64,000 nt of DNA. It comes from Candidatus Poribacteria bacterium (lineage in GTDB: Bacteria; Poribacteria; WGA-4E; WGA-3G). The notes beneath the pieces are model-generated. The model ran no database searches. It had not been told where the DNA came from and worked only from the letters and a program-made list of their open reading frames with translations. The DNA lies in contig OZ251518.1 of the NCBI GenBank assembly GCA_965242965.1, positions 608,001 through 672,000 on the forward strand, written 5' to 3'. Below, piece by piece: positions 59,148-64,000 of the stretch (position 1 is the first letter of the stretch; each line of letters opens with the position of its first letter). A program made the position numbers and the translations under genes.

Positions 59148-60737
59148 CTACCGCCGTGGGTAGAACACATCGCGGTCGCGGGCAAAAAACCGCCAATCTA
59201 ACGACAGGCACCATTGCAAGAACGCCTCTGCGATGGGTGTCGTCGCGTCTGTGCCGAACCACACCTCGGCCAATTCCCGTGCTGTGAACGGCCGCGTGTA
59301 CCCGATTTGAAGGAGAAGGGCAGCCAACTCCGCCAGAATCCTGTCATTGGCGAGATGTCTCCCGCGTGAAATCCCGGGGTGGTTCCTGACAGGATACGCA
59401 CGGCCATTTTCGGGGCGTGTCACACCCACGTTTGGAACCGCGCTGCGCACGGATGCGGCTAACGCTTCTCGCGCCGCATCATCCCCGTGGACTAGAAACA
59501 ACTTGCCGGGTTGCACTTGCTGAACCAACCTCGTCAGTTCCTGGTTGTCCGCGTGTGCAGAGAGTGAGTAAGATGTCACTTTGCACGCAACGTTCACGGA
59601 CGTTCCATCGTCCAATGTCCACACCCGTTCTCGTGCCAGTGCGCGGCCAGGAGTCCCTTCTGCCTGATAGCCCGTGATTGCAATCAGGTTTTTCGCATCT
59701 TGGACGAGGTGTTCGGCATAATAACTCGACATGCCGCCTACCAGCATCCCAGACGATGCTACGATGCAACACGGCTCTCCCGACAGAACCCTATCGCTTT
59801 CTTCACGTGAGGAGACCTGTTGTATCTTCTCCGAATAAAAGAGATCTTCACCGCGTTCAACGTTGCGGCGCAGGGACGACGTGAGTTCAGCGGAAAAGTC
59901 CGAGTACACCTGATTGACTTTCCGCACCATCCCATCAACATATACGGGGAACTCCGGCACCCGGTTGCGCTGCATCGCGCGCTTTAAAACGAGAAGGACT
60001 TCTTGGGAACGCCCTACGGCAAAGGTAGGAATAAGCACTTTGCCGCCCTTGGCAATCGTTTCGGCTACATCCTGCGCGAGCGCGCGTTCTTGCGCCTCGC
60101 GCGTCTCGTGCCGGCGGTTGCCATAGGTTGACTCCATCACCATCACATCAGGTTTGCACCACGTTGGCACATTGAGGTTGGGCAACGTCCGCTGATTGGC
60201 AACGGATACATCGCCTGTCATCAAGAGGCTTTCTTGCTTTCCCTCAATGTAAATCATCGCCGCACCAAGAATGTGACCGGCGGGAATCCATGTCGCCCTC
60301 AAGGCACCGCCACAAATCGGGACGGGTAGTAGCCAGGGCACATCTGTCACCATGCGTTCCAGGGCCGCGGGTACCGCTTCGGGAGGATACAGGGGTTCCG
60401 GGCTCTGCTGTTTTCCGCCGCGACGTTGCCGTTTCACAGCATCTTCCAGCAAGACGCGTGTAATCGCTTTTGTTGCCGGTGTGCAATACGTAGGCACCCC
60501 GGCAGGCAGCATGCACTCCAATGCTGGCAACGCGCCCGTGTGATCGGTGTGTGCGTGCGTCAGGAGAACTGCATCCGGCATGCCAAGCCCCTCTAACGCT
60601 GTCAAATCGGGCAACGGTGAAATCCGACCGGGGCCCATCCGGATACCTACATCCACGAGGATGTGAGTGCCTTCAATTTCAATTGACGTGCTGGAGGCAC
60701 CAACTTCGTTGGCACCACCGCAAAAAGTCATCATCAT
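59148..60737 (-). CDS. Metallo-beta-lactamase/beta-CASP nuclease with a short C-terminal wHTH-like tail
   Basis: GGANEVGAS, THAHTDH, AGHILG, TGD, MESTYG, FAVGRSQE, SAHAD, VHG. Confidence 0.9.
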   Translation of the reverse strand: MMMTFCGGANEVGASSTSIEIEGTHILVDVGIRMGPGRISPLPDLTALEGLGMPDAVLLTHAHTDHTGALPALECMLPAGVPTYCTPATKAITRVLLEDAVKRQRRGGKQQSPEPLYPPEAVPAALERMVTDVPWLLPVPICGGALRATWIPAGHILGAAMIYIEGKQESLLMTGDVSVANQRTLPNLNVPTWCKPDVMVMESTYGNRRHETREAQERALAQDVAETIAKGGKVLIPTFAVGRSQEVLLVLKRAMQRNRVPEFPVYVDGMVRKVNQVYSDFSAELTSSLRRNVERGEDLFYSEKIQQVSSREESDRVLSGEPCCIVASSGMLVGGMSSYYAEHLVQDAKNLIAITGYQAEGTPGRALARERVWTLDDGTSVNVACKVTSYSLSAHADNQELTRLVQQVQPGKLFLVHGDDAAREALAASVRSAVPNVGVTRPENGRAYPVRNHPGISRGRHLANDRILAELAALLLQIGYTRPFTARELAEVWFGTDATTPIAEAFLQWCLSLDWRFFARDRDVFYPRR

Positions 60738-60914
60738 TATGGTTTCCTCTCACGATTGACAACAGAACTCTCTTCTGTGTCGGATACGGATGTGCGCAAT
60801 CCCAAAGGAATCCGCGTGAGGCTATTGAGCCTCCAAGCGTTCAGCGCATCCACTCATAACAATAGCGGTAGGTATTACGCCGATAAAACCTACCGACGCA
60901 ATACCTAGCACCTT

Positions 60915-61076
60915 TTATTTACCCTTTCCGCCTTTGGCAGGGGCGTTAGTTCTTCCGCCACCAGAGGGCTTGCCGGTTTTGCTCGGCCAGCCGCCGGCTC
61001 CTCTGCCTCGGCCGCCTTTACCGCCGCTTTGGTGACTACTTCTCCCTCCACCGCGGTTACTTTGTGATTTCGCCAT
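60915..61076 (-). CDS. 53-aa Gly/Lys/Arg-rich micro-protein
   Basis: RBS AGGAGGTGAT (61081-61090) before ATG; 18 Gly, 12 K/R, no acidic residue. Confidence 0.7.
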   Translation of the reverse strand: MAKSQSNRGGGRSSHQSGGKGGRGRGAGGWPSKTGKPSGGGRTNAPAKGGKGK

Positions 61077-61605
61077 TTTTATCACCTCCTTCCTTGTAGG
61101 AATTCCTCGCCTCACCGGACCACAACGCTCTCCGATAGAAGCGATTGAACTGATGTTACCTGCGAAAGAACGCGTCATGGAAACCCGATGCCCGAAGGAT
61201 ACTGGGTACCACCCGCGATCTACGAAAGGCGACGCACCCGCAAATAAAATGTCGCGAGGTGTTTACTGTTACGCCCACAGAAAACGTGCGCGTGGAAACC
61301 CCTGCTAAAGCACGCTACCTTTCTTATATTGTTACCTATCCCTAGCAAAAACAAACCTTGAAACTTCGGCTTTGCAAGTGAAGTGCTCCATTTTACGGCA
61401 GCAGCAAAACTATATCCCATGAACATCCGATTGCCTCGGATACCAACCGTTAGGAGTCCCAACGCGGGAAACGTCAGGACCGGAAGAGCGGCAGACTGCC
61501 TCAAAGCAACGCAGTTGGTTTTTTTTGCACCACGGAGTAGGGTTTCTCAACGCTTTGTCTTCAGACTTTGTGAGAATTCCCTCTTCCAGAGTTGCATTGA
61601 TACTA

Positions 61606-61634
61606 ATTATATCACAAAAAATGGCAAATGTCAA
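61606..61634 (-). promoter_or_regulatory. Consensus sigma70 promoter with extended -10
   Basis: TTGACA-17-TATAAT, preceded by TGn. Confidence 0.75.
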
Positions 61635-61644
61635 ATTAAAATGA

Positions 61645-61686
61645 AAAAAAGTCGCCGCGGTTTGTATCGGTTACGCCGATACAAAA
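61645..61686 (-). terminator. Putative intrinsic terminator of the 585-aa gene
   Basis: 10-bp stem TTTGTATCGG/CCGATACAAA; T7 tract nearby on the minus strand. Confidence 0.5.
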
Positions 61687-61713
61687 GTGAAAGCGTCGGC
61701 CGGTGTCAACTTT

Positions 61714-63471
61714 CTACCACCGCCGATCTTCTTTATCGCGTGTCCGGTGCAACTCTTTTCGACGTGTGCGCATCGCACCGGCTTTATCGATGGGTATCTC
61801 AAGCGTTAAAAGATGTGCCTGCCGGAGCCACCAAAACGCCTCAAACAACGGACGGCGAGGCGACGCGCCCGTGTCGACATTGGCTTTGCGCCGGTCCAAC
61901 CGCCGAATCTGTTTGTGCGCCTTTTTCGCGACATCGCGGACGGTCGCGTCCGGATCCTTCTGGGAGAGCCAGAACAAGGTGCGATGGGCCCGTCCACCGG
62001 GATTCACGCGCAGTGCCGCCACTGCCTGCACATAACTCTGTCTCCATAGGCGGCGCGGTTCAACAAAATCGGTGTCGGTGTAAGTTGCCGTTTCTCGTTT
62101 CGTCCGGGTTTGGAGTCGACTGAGGCAGAACGTGGCGAATTCTTCGCGCAGGTCTCGCAAATGCGGGTCCCGCGCCAATTCGCGCTGCAAGTTCTGCGGA
62201 TACATGGAGATAGCAATCCAGTGTGGCACCACCGCGTAAGGATAAGGCGGTGGTTCGTCTCTACCGTATTCGGGCCACGCGCGCAGATCCGAGGTAACGG
62301 CTGGCTTTTTCATCTCGCTGAAGGCCAGTAATAACGGTTTCAGCCGCTGCCACGGTGGTGCCAACACTAGCAGAACGTAAAACGCCTTCTCATAAAAGTC
62401 ATGGACAGGTATGCCGGGAGAATCTTCCCTCTCAAAGCAAGCCGGTTCATCCCGCAAGAGCGAACGCAAGATGCCGATATGTCGCGAGGCACTCTGGACA
62501 AGCCTCCCTCTGAGTTCTTCAGAAAGTTCTGCTTCCAGCCCGCCCATGTGTCTCCCGTAAAGGATTCTGGCTAAGTGCCACCATGCTTTGAGCAAGGCAG
62601 AACGTCCGGGCTGCAATTCGGGCTGTTTCTCACTGAGCAACGCCAAAAATGGCATTAACTCGCGGGCAACAAGTTGCCATCCTTCGTTCAAGGCGGGTCC
62701 GGGGCCGAGTGCTTGACTCAAGGCGTAACCGATTGCATGGAGGAGCCCAAGGATTTTGTCCCCTAAATCGGGTTCTGGGACATTGGAAAAATCGGATAGC
62801 AACGTCTGCAGACGCACCGTATTACAACGTTCGGTGTTCGCTTGGAAACGCCATATTAACCAGAATTCCAGTTCGCCCGGGTCTTGGAAATCGTTGCTGC
62901 CCCAACTTTGGCGTTGGACGGGATTCAAGTGTCCCATGTCAACAATTTGGTTGAGCGGCACGCCTTCTGGAAAAATGAAGGGGAGCAACTGATCGAAATA
63001 GAAAACGCCGTTGTTGGTGTCCCTTATCTCAATGAGTTTGTGCACATTTGGGGCCGCTGTGCTGAAGTTGGCGTGCCGTTGGAATTCACCTACCCACGCC
63101 GGTATCTCTTGGGAGTCCTTCAGTTGGATGTTGGGTAAAAACCACGTATCGACTCTAGGGCCAAAGTCAAGCAGCTTGCTGAAGAGGAGGGCCAGGTGGG
63201 TTTGCCGGTCTGCCGCAACAGGCACCAGTTCTTTCAATGCTTTCAGGACAGTTTCAAGCCCCATCTCAAAGTCATCAAAATCGTCTTTGAACCGAGAGCT
63301 GTCCTCAGGGTTTCCAAAGCAGTCCGGGCGGAGAAAGAGGCGAACGAGCCAGCCCTGGTCTGCCGCGGAAAACCCCGCGGACTGAAGAGACTCTTTGACA
63401 GCGAAGACTTCCTCGGCAGAAGAATCTTCGGTTGGAAAAACGAGTGTTGCGGAGCGTTCAGTTTGGCTCAT
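61714..63471 (-). CDS. Hypothetical helical protein (585 aa) with a C-terminal HEAT-like motif
   Basis: Long ORF; AAGGA RBS; DPDATVRDVA motif; own promoter. Confidence 0.75.
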   Translation of the reverse strand: MSQTERSATLVFPTEDSSAEEVFAVKESLQSAGFSAADQGWLVRLFLRPDCFGNPEDSSRFKDDFDDFEMGLETVLKALKELVPVAADRQTHLALLFSKLLDFGPRVDTWFLPNIQLKDSQEIPAWVGEFQRHANFSTAAPNVHKLIEIRDTNNGVFYFDQLLPFIFPEGVPLNQIVDMGHLNPVQRQSWGSNDFQDPGELEFWLIWRFQANTERCNTVRLQTLLSDFSNVPEPDLGDKILGLLHAIGYALSQALGPGPALNEGWQLVARELMPFLALLSEKQPELQPGRSALLKAWWHLARILYGRHMGGLEAELSEELRGRLVQSASRHIGILRSLLRDEPACFEREDSPGIPVHDFYEKAFYVLLVLAPPWQRLKPLLLAFSEMKKPAVTSDLRAWPEYGRDEPPPYPYAVVPHWIAISMYPQNLQRELARDPHLRDLREEFATFCLSRLQTRTKRETATYTDTDFVEPRRLWRQSYVQAVAALRVNPGGRAHRTLFWLSQKDPDATVRDVAKKAHKQIRRLDRRKANVDTGASPRRPLFEAFWWLRQAHLLTLEIPIDKAGAMRTRRKELHRTRDKEDRRW

Positions 63472-63595
63472 GAAATGTTCCTTACTTCTTAACCGTCAGC
63501 AGTGGACGAGATGCGTCCGGGACCCAGTTGACGGGTTAGGGTTAACGGTTGACTTCGGGTGTGCGTTCCTGCGCCGATTCGCACAGCCATGATAA

Positions 63596-63624
63596 AGTAT
63601 ATCACAAAAAAGCGGCGATGTCAA
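63596..63624 (-). promoter_or_regulatory. Near-consensus sigma70 promoter
   Basis: TTGACA-17-TATACT with the same TTTTTTGTGA spacer end as the 61606 promoter. Confidence 0.65.
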
Positions 63625-63625
63625 T

Positions 63626-63990
63626 TTTTCGTTGTTCGCAAGGCGTTCGATTAGATGGGTTTGTAATTATAATCCCTCGGCGTAATCCGCAATCAACGTT
63701 GTTGATTGCTAGGGTTCTGGTGCTAATTTTTGTCATCGGCAAGTCTGCACGTAGGTGATTCTGCAGTTCTGCACTTTTTTTGTAACCACCACCGAAAAGA
63801 GCCGTTTTTATCCCCAAGATGCCCACGATGTATTTATGCACTTCTGCACTGATGCATTTCAGGGAATCTGCACATAAACCGTTACCTCTTGCTCCAATAA
63901 CGTAGATATCGACAACGTCGATATCGGATAAACGGAGAGAAACGTTGTTAAACGAGAAACCTTTATCGAACGCCTTGCGAACAACGAAAA
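63626..63990. repeat. 365-bp segment bounded by a perfect 26-bp inverted repeat
   Basis: TTTTCGTTGTTCGCAAGGCGTTCGAT (63626-51) / ATCGAACGCCTTGCGAACAACGAAAA (63965-90). Confidence 0.8.
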
Positions 63991-64000
63991 CGCGACTGAC

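Noticed and set aside
59148-60737. beta-CASP gene as a type VII CRISPR effector
   Set aside because: No cas5, cas7, cas6 or array adjacent in the window.
61383-62123. 246-aa plus-strand ORF
   Set aside because: Runs antisense across the 585-aa gene end, terminator and promoter; composition is not protein-like.
1-64000. Autonomous transposase (RAYT, IS200/IS605, DDE) or integrase
   Set aside because: No ORF with recognisable HUH/Y1, DDE or tyrosine/serine recombinase motifs; any mobilising enzyme must be encoded elsewhere.

Overview
Bacterial chromosomal window with about 45 CDS and no rRNA, tRNA or CRISPR array seen. Gene content (FGE-sulfatase, CRTAC1/ASPIC-UnbV, TPR, Uma2, Gfo/Idh/MocA) is compatible with Candidatus Poribacteria or a similar lineage; this is inference only. 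Main loci are: tandem MNT-HEPN fusions with a single-chain restriction-modification enzyme; a T2SS/T4P-hybrid operon (gspE-F-G-H-I-J-K, pilM/N-like, pilO-like, gspD); an orphan type III Mod; housekeeping genes (sat, nth, infA, cysteine synthase, modABC, coaE); and a right-hand accessory region (PIN TA pair, beta-CASP nuclease, Gly/Arg-rich micro-protein, 585-aa unknown protein). The dominant signal is a dense, modular family of GTAG-headed REP-like palindromes. These form mixed doublets, travel inside a MITE-like element with 15-bp terminal inverted repeats, sit in frame inside at least six intact genes (up to 127 aa added) and supply the stop codon of two genes. Other notable items are an IF-1 with a 55-aa basic N-terminal extension, a consensus promoter driving a ~520-nt leader, a micro-protein and a beta-CASP RNase, and a separate 26-bp inverted-repeat element bracketing that region. 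All family calls come from motif recognition by eye; no searches were run.
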